Assembly: GCA_031414775.1 (NCBI GenBank)
Contig: JANOQI010000057.1
Coordinates: 1 to 64,000 of the forward strand
DNA: 64,000 nt
Direction: 5' to 3'
Origin: Synechococcales cyanobacterium VAR_4_metabat_354
GTDB lineage: Bacteria; Cyanobacteriota; Cyanobacteriia; Cyanobacteriales; Chamaesiphonaceae
Shown here: one piece after another, positions 29,594 to 39,866 of the stretch
Layout: each line of letters starts with the position of its first letter
Position numbering within the stretch: the first letter of the stretch is position 1
Made by a program: the position numbers and the translations under genes
Notes under the pieces: model-generated
What the model was told of the DNA's origin: nothing
Databases searched by the model: none
What the model saw: the letters and a program-made list of their open reading frames with translations, nothing else

Positions 29594-30526
29594 ATGATTC
29601 TTCCAGCTTTTCAGAAATACTCTCTGGCAGCAGTACTAAGCTCACTAATTATTGCTCTGACCCCCCAAATTATTTGGGGGCAGGTGCCCACCGAAAAAAC
29701 GCTGATGTGGGAAATCTCTGGCCCGGGAATCAAGAAACCGTCTTATTTATTTGGCACTATTCACAACGCCTGTATCGATCGACTAGTTCTCAAACCCAAG
29801 CAAAAAAAGGTCTTAGATAATGTTCAACAGCTTTATCTAGAGATTGATATTACTGATGCTAGTGTGCCGTTACTGGCCGGGGCGGGCATGTTATTACCCC
29901 GTGGCCAGAGCTTAAAAGATGTGATGACGGCTCAAGAATACCGCAAAGTCAGAACTTTCTTTGCCAAGGAAATAAAAGATGTGCCTTTTCGGAGCATTAG
30001 CAATCTGCGCCCGATGCTAGTGAGTGGCATCGTGGCTGGAGTCGCCGCCGATAAGTGCCAAACCAGTTCTTGGGAAGTCACTCTCGGCAAGCTAGCTCGC
30101 AAAAAAGACATTGCCATCAAAGGTTTAGAAACTCCCCAAGAACAATTATCGGTATTCGATCGCATCCCCGTCAAAGAGCAAGTAAAGCAGCTGATGGAAT
30201 CGATCGACAATCGTCAAAAAGTCCGCAAACAAAGTACCAAAGACTATCAAAATCTCCAAATTGCCTACAAAAATCAAGATATTGCCAAACTGTATGGATT
30301 GGTATCCAAGGGGGTCGAAACTGGCGTATCTAGCGACGTTAATAAACAGTTCTTGGCCGCTTTGCTAGATGAGCGCAATCGCAAGTGGATTCCAATTATT
30401 GGCCGCGTCGCTAAAGAGAAACCTACTTTCTTTGGGGTAGGAGCTGGACATTTGGGTGGTAAACAGGGAGTCATTGCTTTACTACGCACCGCTGGTTATA
30501 AAGTCAGTCCCATCTTTGAAAAATAG
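29594..30526 (+). CDS. TraB/GumN-family (TIKI-like) secreted protein
   Basis: Signal peptide; SYLFGTIH, GLET, ERNRKW and VGAGHL motifs. Confidence 0.9.
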   Translation: MILPAFQKYSLAAVLSSLIIALTPQIIWGQVPTEKTLMWEISGPGIKKPSYLFGTIHNACIDRLVLKPKQKKVLDNVQQLYLEIDITDASVPLLAGAGMLLPRGQSLKDVMTAQEYRKVRTFFAKEIKDVPFRSISNLRPMLVSGIVAGVAADKCQTSSWEVTLGKLARKKDIAIKGLETPQEQLSVFDRIPVKEQVKQLMESIDNRQKVRKQSTKDYQNLQIAYKNQDIAKLYGLVSKGVETGVSSDVNKQFLAALLDERNRKWIPIIGRVAKEKPTFFGVGAGHLGGKQGVIALLRTAGYKVSPIFEK

Positions 30527-30620
30527 CCCGCCACTTCCATAATTCTCTCGAATTTCCCCAATATTACTGAAATATGTACGGAAACGTTGGGGCAATAACT
30601 GTAAATAAAGACAGTTACCC

Positions 30621-30935
30621 ATGGAGAAGATTATGGAGGCCTCTAAATCAGAACACTTTGCGCCAGACGATTACAGCCATTCTTACCTCAGCCCCCTGCG
30701 TCAATGGATCGATCGACTGACCATCAACAATGAACTTCAAGCTAACCGTTTATGTCAGCTGATTCCGGCTCAATGTCCTTTCGAGCGCGATATTAAAATC
30801 TGGGGTCATACAGTGCTCCACATTCCATCACTATGTAAATTAAACCCCGTCTATACGGAAGTCGTTGCCCTCCGGTGGCGAGCCTTATGCTACTTAGCCG
30901 ATGAATGCGGCGCTGATATTAGCAAATATTATTGA
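30621..30935 (+). CDS. Mo-dependent nitrogenase C-terminal domain protein
   Basis: CQLIPAQCPFERDI...LCKLNPVY...LRWRALCYLADECG. Confidence 0.85.
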   Translation: MEKIMEASKSEHFAPDDYSHSYLSPLRQWIDRLTINNELQANRLCQLIPAQCPFERDIKIWGHTVLHIPSLCKLNPVYTEVVALRWRALCYLADECGADISKYY

Positions 30936-31100
30936 TCCCTCATCTTCCCAAGACATAAAATATCAGGCTACACTCCCCTGTTTTGCAGCAATCGCATGGG
31001 TATGTGCAGGAATTGCATGTAGACTAAAGCTAGTAAATATAAAATTGTTTCTGGAATGACAGCCATCTAGCTTTGACATTCCTAACGTGGAGGAATAGCC

Positions 31101-33200
31101 ATGTCTTTAGTCTCTACAAATATTGATTTAAAAACTGCAATTATTCATAAACCTCTGACCATCGCCTCTACAGCACCGATTACAGAGGCAATTACCTGGA
31201 TTAGCGAAAGTGGCTATGTTTTGGCATTAGACAATCACCGACTAATTGGTATTGTTACTAAGCACGATCTCGCCAAACATCATTCAGCTGGTCAAGATCT
31301 CCGCGATCTGTCGATCGCAGATGTAATGATATCGCCCGTCGTGACCTTACGAGACCAAGAATTTACCGATGTACTAGTGCCCCTGCATTTATTGCAACGG
31401 CATCAAATTAAACATTTGCCCTTGGTCGATGATGGCGGTGCCGTCGTAGGATTGCTCAAGCATACGAATCTGCTCCAGATCTTCAATTCACCAGAGATCT
31501 GTCGCTGGGTCGAAACTCTGGAGCAAAAAGTATTTCGTCTAGAGGCCGAGAAGCTAGCTCTTATCCAAACCCATCATACCGAAATGGCTCAGGCTGCGGC
31601 AGCAAAAGAACAAGCCACCATCGCTCTCGAACAATTGAACCAGGAACTAGAAATTGAAGTTGCGGGGCGAACGGTAGCACTCCAAGAAAGTCAAGAATTC
31701 ATTCAAAAAATTGCTGACGCATCGCCGAACATTTTGTATCTGTTTGATCTGCAAGAGCAGCGCAACGTTTATGCCAATCGCGAACTAACAGCGTTGCTAG
31801 GCTATACACCAGAGCAGATCCAAGCGATGGGTACCAACTTTGTCCAAGAGCTAATGCATCCCGATGATCAACGAGACTTGCTACCCACCTACTTTGAGAA
31901 ACTAAATACTAGTCAAGAAGGAGAGGTATTTGAATTTGAGTATCGGATGAAACAAGCCAATGGCCAATGGCGGTGGCTTTATAGTAGGGAATCAGTCTTT
32001 AGTCGCGATGCCCATGGGGTGGTAAAACAATCGATCGGCACAGCTCAAGACATTAGCGAACGTAAGCGTCTAGAAAAAGACCAGTCGCAACTAATTTCGA
32101 TCTTGGAGGCATCTACCGATTACATTGGCATGGCCGATGTCCAAGGCAATGTTATTTGGACTAATACCCAAGGCCGCCAGATTCATGGCTTGCAAAACAT
32201 CGATGTTGCAGTTTCACTCCAGCACTTTTCGGATTGCTACCCAGATTGGGCACTAGCAAAAATTCGCCAAGAAGGATTACCCACCGCGATTAAGACCGGT
32301 AGTTGGTTTGGTGAAACCGCTCTCCTCGATGCTGATGGTCAAGAAATTCCGACAGCACAGATGATTTTGGCTCACAAGTCGCCACAAGGGGAAGTGGAGT
32401 TATTTTCAACTATTTTGCGAGACATTCGTGCCAGCAAGGAATACGAAAAATGCCTGGAGCGATCGAATGCCGAGTTAACTCGCGCCACCCAGCTCAAAGA
32501 TGAATTTCTGGCTACCATGAGCCATGAACTACGCACGCCCCTCAACGCTATTTTGGGCATGTCCGAAAGTTTAGAAGAAGACGTTTATGGGCCGATTAGT
32601 GAACGGCAACGGCAGTCAATCGCGACCATCAGCCGCAGTGGCAATCATCTACTGGAGATGATTAACGACATTCTGGAAATATCAAATATTACTGCTGGTC
32701 GGCTCGAACTAAATATTGCAAGTGTAGAAATCAAGCAACTCTGTCAATCTATTTTGTCTGTTGTGCAACCACGAGCACGGCACAAACACATGACCATAGC
32801 CATGAATATCGCGGCCGATCTAGGAGAAATTGCTGTCGATCAGCGACGAATCCAACGGGTATTAATTAATTTGCTAGGAAACGCGATAAAGTTCACCACG
32901 AACCATGGTCAGATCAGCCTGAATGTCTATCGAGAAGAGCCAACCGATGCTCCCCAGCAATTTATCTGGTTTTCGGTAATGGACACTGGTATTGGCATTG
33001 CCGCCGCCGATTTGCCGAAACTCTTTCAGCCCTTTATCCAAATTGATAGCGACCTGAATCGCCAGTATGAAGGAACTGGTCTAGGACTGACGTTAGTCAA
33101 GCAAATTGTGGAATTACATGGCGGCGGTGTTAACGTGCAGAGTGAACTAGGGCAGGGTAGTTGTTTTGCCTTTAAGCTGCCGCTGATTGCTACTAATTAA
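31101..33200 (+). CDS. Sensor histidine kinase (CBS pair, PAS, PAS, HisKA, HATPase)
   Basis: CBS motifs, PAS/PAC segments, H-box FLATMSHELRTPL, NAIKFT, DTGIG and GTGLGL. Confidence 0.93.
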   Translation: MSLVSTNIDLKTAIIHKPLTIASTAPITEAITWISESGYVLALDNHRLIGIVTKHDLAKHHSAGQDLRDLSIADVMISPVVTLRDQEFTDVLVPLHLLQRHQIKHLPLVDDGGAVVGLLKHTNLLQIFNSPEICRWVETLEQKVFRLEAEKLALIQTHHTEMAQAAAAKEQATIALEQLNQELEIEVAGRTVALQESQEFIQKIADASPNILYLFDLQEQRNVYANRELTALLGYTPEQIQAMGTNFVQELMHPDDQRDLLPTYFEKLNTSQEGEVFEFEYRMKQANGQWRWLYSRESVFSRDAHGVVKQSIGTAQDISERKRLEKDQSQLISILEASTDYIGMADVQGNVIWTNTQGRQIHGLQNIDVAVSLQHFSDCYPDWALAKIRQEGLPTAIKTGSWFGETALLDADGQEIPTAQMILAHKSPQGEVELFSTILRDIRASKEYEKCLERSNAELTRATQLKDEFLATMSHELRTPLNAILGMSESLEEDVYGPISERQRQSIATISRSGNHLLEMINDILEISNITAGRLELNIASVEIKQLCQSILSVVQPRARHKHMTIAMNIAADLGEIAVDQRRIQRVLINLLGNAIKFTTNHGQISLNVYREEPTDAPQQFIWFSVMDTGIGIAAADLPKLFQPFIQIDSDLNRQYEGTGLGLTLVKQIVELHGGGVNVQSELGQGSCFAFKLPLIATN

Positions 33201-33267
33201 TGATCCAAAATCTCTGGGTACAGTCGATAATTTTAGATAACAACTAAACCTAAAACGGCTCCCAACA

Positions 33268-34998
33268 TTGCAACAAGTTGACTTCACCACCCTCACCGCC
33301 ACTTGCCAAGAATTAGCCGCCACCTGGATTCCAGCGCGGGTCGAAACCGTTTATCAGCTCGATCGACACACCATCGTTCTGGGACTACGTACTTTATCAG
33401 AGCGAGGCTGGCTGGCTGTATCTTGGCATCCCGAAGCCGCCCGCATTGTCCTCACCGACCCACCGCCGCGCCGCCCAGACACCTTCACTTTTAGTCAACA
33501 ACTTAAGCACCAGCTGGGAGGCTTGGCTTTAGTAGCCATTCAACCAGTGGCTCCCTGGGAACGGGTGATGGATTTGCAATTTGCGCCACGACCAGGGGAA
33601 TCGGCGGTTTATCATTTATTTGTAGAGGTGATGGGTAAATATAGCAACACCACGCTGACGGATGCCGATCGACTAATTATCGCCACTGCTCATCAAGTCA
33701 GTGGCAAACAATCTTCGGTACGCACAGTGCAAACTGGCCAACCCTATGAACTGCCACCCGGTTTGCTTACTAACATGCCTAGCCGCCAAGAAACGTTAAC
33801 TAGTTGGCAAGAGCGGGTTAGCCTCGTACCGGGGCTAGTTACCAAAAAATTGATCAGTAACTATCGGGGCTTAAGCACGGCGATTACCCAAGCAATGCTC
33901 ACCGCCGCTGCGATTAAAATTGATGCGACTACGACAGAGCTATCCGACTTGGACTGGCAGCGACTATTTCGGGTTTGGCAGCAATGGCAAAGCACCTTAG
34001 CTGATGGTCAAACTTGGCAACCGGGCTGGACAGCGGATGGCTACAACGTTCTAGGCTGGGGTACCTCTCGATCGGCTCCCTCGGTGAATCAGATGGTGAA
34101 TGAGTATTTCACCAACATCCTCAACCACACCAATTTTCAACAACTGCGCCACCAGCTCACCACCAAACTGGGCGGTGTAATTAGCAAGTTAGAAGTCAAA
34201 GCCCAAACCTTTCGATCGCGCTTGGCCGAATCACAAGATGCGGAAGAACTTCGTAGCCGCGCTGACTTGCTGATGGCTCATCTGCATCTATGGCAATCCG
34301 GCCTGTCGGAGATGGTGCTGACTGATTTTGAAACAGAACAGCCAGTGCGTATCACCCTTAATCCCGAAAAAAGCGGCAGTCAAAATGCCCAATCTATCTA
34401 CAAAAAATATCAAAAACTGAAACGGGCACAAACCTTGGTACTGCCGCTGTTAGCCGCCGTCCAAGCTGAGTTGGACTATCTCACTCAAATTGCGGCCAGC
34501 ATCAGCCAAATCGAATTTTATCAACAGTCGATCGATCTAGAAACCCTGACCGAAATCAAAGAGGAATTAATTCAAAGCGGCTATTTACCAGCCCCCGCCA
34601 ACCGCCCGAAATCGATCGTACTGCCGGAAACTCAACCGCGCAGTTTTACTAGTCCAAGTGGTTTTGAGGTGTTAGTTGGTCGCAATAATCGGCAGAATGA
34701 TCGATTGACTTTTAAAACCGCCACAGACTATGACTTATGGTTTCATGCTCAGGAAATTTCTGGTAGTCATGGCTTACTACGCCTACCAGCGGGGGCAGTA
34801 CCAGAAACTGTCGATTTACAGTACGTGGCGAATCTGATGGCTTATCACAGTCGCGGGCGGCAAAGTGAGGCAGTGCCAGTGGTTTATACTGCGACTAAGC
34901 ATGTTTATAAGCCCAAGGGAGCCAAGCTAGGGATGGTGATTTATAAACATGAGCAGATTATTTGGGGACACCCGCAATACTGTTCGGTTGATCCTTAA
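33268..34998 (+). CDS. rqcH: Rqc2/RqcH (NFACT, FbpA-like) ribosome quality-control protein
   Basis: EVMGKYSN, GRNNRQND and WFHAQEISGSH motifs. Confidence 0.88.
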   Translation: MQQVDFTTLTATCQELAATWIPARVETVYQLDRHTIVLGLRTLSERGWLAVSWHPEAARIVLTDPPPRRPDTFTFSQQLKHQLGGLALVAIQPVAPWERVMDLQFAPRPGESAVYHLFVEVMGKYSNTTLTDADRLIIATAHQVSGKQSSVRTVQTGQPYELPPGLLTNMPSRQETLTSWQERVSLVPGLVTKKLISNYRGLSTAITQAMLTAAAIKIDATTTELSDLDWQRLFRVWQQWQSTLADGQTWQPGWTADGYNVLGWGTSRSAPSVNQMVNEYFTNILNHTNFQQLRHQLTTKLGGVISKLEVKAQTFRSRLAESQDAEELRSRADLLMAHLHLWQSGLSEMVLTDFETEQPVRITLNPEKSGSQNAQSIYKKYQKLKRAQTLVLPLLAAVQAELDYLTQIAASISQIEFYQQSIDLETLTEIKEELIQSGYLPAPANRPKSIVLPETQPRSFTSPSGFEVLVGRNNRQNDRLTFKTATDYDLWFHAQEISGSHGLLRLPAGAVPETVDLQYVANLMAYHSRGRQSEAVPVVYTATKHVYKPKGAKLGMVIYKHEQIIWGHPQYCSVDP

Positions 34999-35108
34999 AC
35001 CGTGCTGTGAATGGCGAAAGTACGCTAGTCGCCGTTTGGTTTTTATTGTAACGGCTAGAATATCTGAAAGATCTCAGGAAAAATCAGTTTCATTATTAAG
35101 TCAAATTC

Positions 35109-35615
35109 ATGTCCTTTCTCGATCGCCATCGTCAAATTGTCCAAGATCCCCACTATCGCTTTCAATCCCTGGCCGAGTTAACCACTGCTGCCGAGCTAGG
35201 CGTGAAGATTGATGCCAATCGTGCCACTGTTGATGACTGGCTGCGCTTACCCGGAATTTCTATTCATCAAGCTAAATCTTTAGTCACCTTGCAAAATGCC
35301 GGTGTAGAGTTTTATGCGATCGAAGACGTAGCCGCCGCCTTGGGAATACCATTCCAACGGATTCAGGCTTGGAGCTTAGTTTTAAGCTTTCAATACCGTC
35401 ATCCCGATCTGCAAATTCTGCAATTTGATGTCAACCAAGCCACTGCCGCCGAACTCCAGCAACTCACTGACATTAGCCCCATACTCGCTCAAACCATTAT
35501 TGCTAATCGACTAACGCAAGGAAAGTACCAAGATTTAGTGAATTTTCAACAGCGATTAAATCTGCCCGGTACATTGCTCGCTAGCCTGATGCATCATCTC
35601 AAATTTATTCACTAG
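35109..35615 (+). CDS. ComEA-like helix-hairpin-helix protein
   Basis: IDANRATVDDWLRLPGI and DVNQATAAELQQL HhH repeats. Confidence 0.8.
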   Translation: MSFLDRHRQIVQDPHYRFQSLAELTTAAELGVKIDANRATVDDWLRLPGISIHQAKSLVTLQNAGVEFYAIEDVAAALGIPFQRIQAWSLVLSFQYRHPDLQILQFDVNQATAAELQQLTDISPILAQTIIANRLTQGKYQDLVNFQQRLNLPGTLLASLMHHLKFIH

Positions 35616-36325
35616 ATTGATAAATTTTGGCTACGGTCAGCATGATCAATAAATCTTTTCAGAAAATCTTGAATTAGTAGATCTAGAACAAAGGGATCTT
35701 TACAGGCATGATGCAATTTAGCCGCAAAAGGAATAAAAAGTTGATTGTTTTGCCAATAGCGTTTGCCAAAATAAAAATAAGGCTGACCAATAATTTCACT
35801 TTGTTGTGAATGTAAGGTTAATCCAGTGAATTGAAGATTAGGTAAATTTCCCAAAAAACAAGATAGCAAAAAGATTTCTGGGGTAGTTCTTTGACCTTGA
35901 TCGCTTCTAATGTGGTCTAGCTTTTGACGGTATTGAATAATAAATTCTGGGTAACTAATTTGACTGACATTCTCTAATGACATTTCTCGAAATCGTTCCT
36001 TACCACCAACTGCTACTGGAATTACTACCGGCGGATTATCGAGAATAAACCATTCGTTTTCTATGCGGCGGAGATTGAAGCAAAAATGGTTTTTGAGGGT
36101 GTGCAGCAAATGCCAAGTCAAGAAACTAAAGAAAGTTGCTCCTTCTATGAAATTGGCTTGATACAGTTTATAGGCATGAGTAACATTTAGTTGAATTGTG
36201 ATGTCTACATAAGGAACTGGAATGGTCTGTGGATCGGTAAAAAAATCCAAAGACCAGTTCAAATAACCTTCTTTCGCTATGTCGTCTAATAATCTGGGCT
36301 GATATTCACTAGGAATAGTCATCAA
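35612..36325 (-). CDS. CatA-like (chloramphenicol acetyltransferase fold) O-acetyltransferase
   Basis: ITIQLNVT, PYFYFGK and catalytic-type HHACKD (cf. HHAVCDG) motifs; AT-rich. Confidence 0.75.
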   Translation of the reverse strand: MMTIPSEYQPRLLDDIAKEGYLNWSLDFFTDPQTIPVPYVDITIQLNVTHAYKLYQANFIEGATFFSFLTWHLLHTLKNHFCFNLRRIENEWFILDNPPVVIPVAVGGKERFREMSLENVSQISYPEFIIQYRQKLDHIRSDQGQRTTPEIFLLSCFLGNLPNLQFTGLTLHSQQSEIIGQPYFYFGKRYWQNNQLFIPFAAKLHHACKDPFVLDLLIQDFLKRFIDHADRSQNLSI

Positions 36326-36405
36326 TAGCTACTCGTAAACGACAATAACAAATAACAGCGATTTCTATTTTCTCTAGCTCAGAAATTGTCTAAATCAATT
36401 CTAAT

Positions 36406-37236
36406 TTAGGGACTTAAAGCCAAAACCTTCGCTCTCGCCGCAATAGCTTCGGCGATCGATACCAATGCTTGAGCCGCCGCAGACTTCGGAGCCGCAACCA
36501 CAATCGGCTGACCAGCATCACCACCCACGCGCACTGGAATTTCTAGTGGAATACAACCCAGCAAAGGAATCTGCAATTCTGCCGCCAACTTCTGACCACC
36601 ATTCGAGCCGAAAATATCGTACTGGCGATCGGGCATATCCGGTGGGATAAAGTAGCTCATATTTTCGACCACACCCAGAATGGTCGTGAACTTCTCAAAC
36701 ATCCTCAGACCTTTGCGAGCATCAGCGATTGCTACATCTTGAGGTGTAGTTACAATCACCGCTCCGGCCATTGGTACCGCTTGTGCTAGAGTCAATTGCG
36801 CATCCCCAGTCCCCGGCGGCAGATCTACAATTAAGTAATCTAGCTCGCCCCAGTCCACTTCATACAAAAACTGCCTAATCACCCCATTCAGCATGGGGCC
36901 ACGCCAGGGCAAAGGCTGATCGGGTTCAATGAAAAAAGCCATCGATACCACTTTTACCCCGTGATTACTGGGGGGAATCAGCTTGCCACCTTCGGGCATT
37001 TTAGCCTTGGTGCCAGTTAATCCCAACATAATCGGAGCATTGGGGCCATAAATATCTGAATCAATCAAACCGACCCGCGCTCCTAACTGCGCCAGAGCCA
37101 CTGCTACATTGATTGAAACCGTACTTTTACCCACGCCGCCTTTACCACTGGAGATCGCGATGATATTTTTGACACCGTCAATACCCACGCGATCGGGTAC
37201 AGATTTTTGTGGGGGGATTTGCTTGGAATCTAACAT
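36406..37236 (-). CDS. mrp: Mrp/ApbC/NBP35 Fe-S carrier ATPase (short form)
   Basis: SGKGGVGKST, WRGPML, DLPPGTGD and VENMS motifs. Confidence 0.92.
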   Translation of the reverse strand: MLDSKQIPPQKSVPDRVGIDGVKNIIAISSGKGGVGKSTVSINVAVALAQLGARVGLIDSDIYGPNAPIMLGLTGTKAKMPEGGKLIPPSNHGVKVVSMAFFIEPDQPLPWRGPMLNGVIRQFLYEVDWGELDYLIVDLPPGTGDAQLTLAQAVPMAGAVIVTTPQDVAIADARKGLRMFEKFTTILGVVENMSYFIPPDMPDRQYDIFGSNGGQKLAAELQIPLLGCIPLEIPVRVGGDAGQPIVVAAPKSAAAQALVSIAEAIAARAKVLALSP

Positions 37237-37287
37237 GATTAAAGGTTTTTAATAAAAAATTGTGATATTGGCACTCAATAGCAAGAC

Positions 37288-37319
37288 GGAGAATTCCCCT
37301 TTGAACAAAGGGAATCTCC
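37288..37319 (-). terminator. Stem-loop between ndk and mrp
   Basis: GGAGAATTCCCCTTTG-AA-CAAAGGGAATCTCC inverted repeat; no clear U tract. Confidence 0.5.
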
Positions 37320-37334
37320 AGCCTCGTTCTATCT

Positions 37335-37784
37335 TTACTCGTACAACCAAGGAGTAATTGTTGGCTTCCAGGTAGACAATTCTTCCGGCTTAAACCACAG
37401 AGCTACTTCTTGTTGGGCTGTCTCGATCGCATCCGAACCATGAATCAAATTCCGACCAATGCTCACACCTAAGTCGCCGCGAATTGTCCCCGGCTCTGAA
37501 GTCAGCGGATTAGTGGCTCCAATTATTTTGCGCGCTGAGGCCACCACGCCGTCGCCTTCCCAAACCATTGCTACCACTGGCGCTGAAATAATAAAATCTA
37601 CCAAACCAGCAAAAAATGGTCTTTCCTTATGTACACCATAATGTTGCTCGGCTAATTCCCGGCTCACCATCATCAGCTTCATACCCACTAAGGTAAAACC
37701 TTTGCGCTCGAACCGACCAATAATTTCGCTAACTAAGCCGCGCTGTACACCATCTGGTTTGATCGCGATAAATGTCCGTTCCAC
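37335..37784 (-). CDS. ndk: Nucleoside diphosphate kinase
   Basis: [21 protein letters not shown] and NLIHGSD motifs. Confidence 0.97.
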   Translation of the reverse strand: MERTFIAIKPDGVQRGLVSEIIGRFERKGFTLVGMKLMMVSRELAEQHYGVHKERPFFAGLVDFIISAPVVAMVWEGDGVVASARKIIGATNPLTSEPGTIRGDLGVSIGRNLIHGSDAIETAQQEVALWFKPEELSTWKPTITPWLYE

Positions 37785-37839
37785 TGTTAACTCCTAAAAT
37801 TTCACGGGTTGATAGCCAACAATCCAGGATAGCGGATTA

Positions 37840-38199
37840 TTAGCGCCGATTGAATAATCCGTTGAGGAGAGTAGAGACTAATGAAAGAATAAATGTCCCT
37901 AAAATGGCTGGCAGCCAGCCGTTAATTACAAAGTCTGGCCGATACCAATCTACGGCCAGCAAACAAGCCACATTCAACACGATCGCTGACAAACCCAGGG
38001 TCAGCAAGGTGAGGGGAAAAGTCAAAAGCTTTAGTACTGGCCGAATGAAAGTGTTAACCGCGCCCAAAAGTACCGCCGCCCCGATCACCGCAGTAGTATT
38101 CGCAAAACTGAACCCCTTGGGGATCAACTGGTTCACAATTTCGGCAGTAATGGGCAACGAAATCGCATTGAGTAGCCAGGTCATGAATAGTTTGATCAT
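37840..38199 (-). CDS. YvlD-like 4-TM membrane protein (phage holin 4_2 family)
   Basis: VNTFIRPVLKLLTFPLTLLTLGL motif. Confidence 0.85.
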   Translation of the reverse strand: MIKLFMTWLLNAISLPITAEIVNQLIPKGFSFANTTAVIGAAVLLGAVNTFIRPVLKLLTFPLTLLTLGLSAIVLNVACLLAVDWYRPDFVINGWLPAILGTFILSLVSTLLNGLFNRR

Positions 38200-38260
38200 A
38201 GGTAGCAAGTGATTCTGCCATACAATAGCAGAGGCATTATGAACTTTCCTTAATTATCTC

Positions 38261-38740
38261 ATGTCCCAAATTTTCGCTGTTATTTTGGCCTGTTGTTTGT
38301 GGCTAATTCCTACCACTGCTTGGGCACTACCCGCACCACCGCTATCTTTTAGCAATGCTGAGCTAGCCCGCAAAGACTTTTCTGGCCAAAAACTCCAAAA
38401 AGCCGAATTTTCTAATGCCAACCTCGAAAGTACTAACTTTGCGGGCGCAGACATGATTGGGGCAGTTTTGAGTACCTCATCGCTGGTTAATACCAATCTG
38501 CATGGCACCAACCTCACCCAAGCGCTGATCGATCAAGTAAAGTTCAATGGCGCTGATCTCAGCGATGCCATCTTGGTCGATAGTATTATGCTCAGATCGA
38601 GATTTAAGAATGTCAACATTCATGGCACCGATTTCAGCGGTGCGATTTTGGGGAAAGTGCAAGTCAAACAACTTTGTGAGCAAGCCGATGGCGTGAATCC
38701 GACCACTGGGGTGGCCACTCGTGATTCTTTGGGTTGTTAA
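38261..38740 (+). CDS. Pentapeptide-repeat protein with signal peptide
   Basis: A(D/N)LxG repeats; C-terminal ADGVNPTTGVATRDSLGC. Confidence 0.9.
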   Translation: MSQIFAVILACCLWLIPTTAWALPAPPLSFSNAELARKDFSGQKLQKAEFSNANLESTNFAGADMIGAVLSTSSLVNTNLHGTNLTQALIDQVKFNGADLSDAILVDSIMLRSRFKNVNIHGTDFSGAILGKVQVKQLCEQADGVNPTTGVATRDSLGC

Positions 38741-38747
38741 CTGAACT

Positions 38748-39866
38748 ATGAAACGTGTAGGAATTATTGGCGGTGGTCAACTGGCTTGGATGATGGCTAA
38801 GGAGGCAGCGGCGCTGGAGTTAGAGATCAATATTCAAACCCCAGATGCTACCGATGTGGCTGTTAGCTTAGCCCAGCACACGGTTTTAGCGGCGATCGAT
38901 GACGTGCCAGCCACCGCCAAATTAGCTCAGGACTGTGACTGGGTTACCTTTGAGAATGAATTTGTGGATTTAGCAGCGCTGGGTGCGCTGCCAGAGATCT
39001 GCTTCCGGCCACCCTTGGCAGCACTAGCTCCCCTGTTGGATAAATATGATCAACGGCAATACCTGAAGCAACTAGGGCTACCAGTGCCCAGATTCTGTGC
39101 TGGCTTAGATTACCAAGCCGCCGATTGGCAGTTTCCAATTGTCGTCAAAGCTAGGCGAAATGGTTACGATGGCCAAGGCACCCACATTGTCAAAGATGCC
39201 ACCGCCTTAGCCGCCCTGCCTTTAGAGCAGATGCTCATCGAAGAATTTGTACCCTTCACTTGTGAGTTGGCAGTGATGGCCGCTCGATCGATCACTGGCC
39301 AAATCGTAGTGTATCCAGTAGTGGAAACCCAACAGGTCGAACAGGTTTGTCGGCGGGTTTATACCACCATAGATATCAGCGATCAGTTGAAATTAGAGAT
39401 CGATCGATTGGCTCACCAGATTCTCGACAACTTAGCCACCGTCGGAGTAATGGGCATTGAACTGTTTTTGACAGCCGATGGTCGGGTGTTAATTAACGAA
39501 CTAGCGCCCCGCACCCATAACTCTGGGCATCTCACCATTGAAGCTTGCCATACTTCGCAGTTTGCCCAACACCTGCGAGCGGTAGCCGGGATGGAACTCG
39601 GCGATCCCAGCCTCCATTGTGCCGGAGCCGTGATGGTGAATTTATTAGGTTACGAAGCTACGACTAGCGATTATCTAGATCAGCGCCAGAAAATCGCGGC
39701 GTTACCCCACACTTATCTTCATTGGTATGAAAAAAATCAAGCCAGACCAGGCCGCAAGCTCGGCCATGTGACAGTCATTCTCGATCAGAACAATCGGGAA
39801 ATGGCAATTGCGATCGCTCAACAAATTGAAGACCTGTGGTACCCAGCTCATGACAAACATGTCTAA
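38748..39866 (+). CDS. purK: N5-carboxyaminoimidazole ribonucleotide synthase
   Basis: IIGGGQLA, GYDGQG, NELAPRTHNSGH and RPGRKLGH motifs. Confidence 0.96.
   Translation: MKRVGIIGGGQLAWMMAKEAAALELEINIQTPDATDVAVSLAQHTVLAAIDDVPATAKLAQDCDWVTFENEFVDLAALGALPEICFRPPLAALAPLLDKYDQRQYLKQLGLPVPRFCAGLDYQAADWQFPIVVKARRNGYDGQGTHIVKDATALAALPLEQMLIEEFVPFTCELAVMAARSITGQIVVYPVVETQQVEQVCRRVYTTIDISDQLKLEIDRLAHQILDNLATVGVMGIELFLTADGRVLINELAPRTHNSGHLTIEACHTSQFAQHLRAVAGMELGDPSLHCAGAVMVNLLGYEATTSDYLDQRQKIAALPHTYLHWYEKNQARPGRKLGHVTVILDQNNREMAIAIAQQIEDLWYPAHDKHV

Noticed and set aside
30621..30935. Nitrogen fixation gene
   Set aside because: The domain name is historical; this is a small conserved cyanobacterial protein and no nif genes are present in the window.
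37840..38199. Prophage suggested by a 'phage holin family' protein
   Set aside because: YvlD-like proteins are common chromosomal genes; the flanks are housekeeping genes and no phage genes are present.
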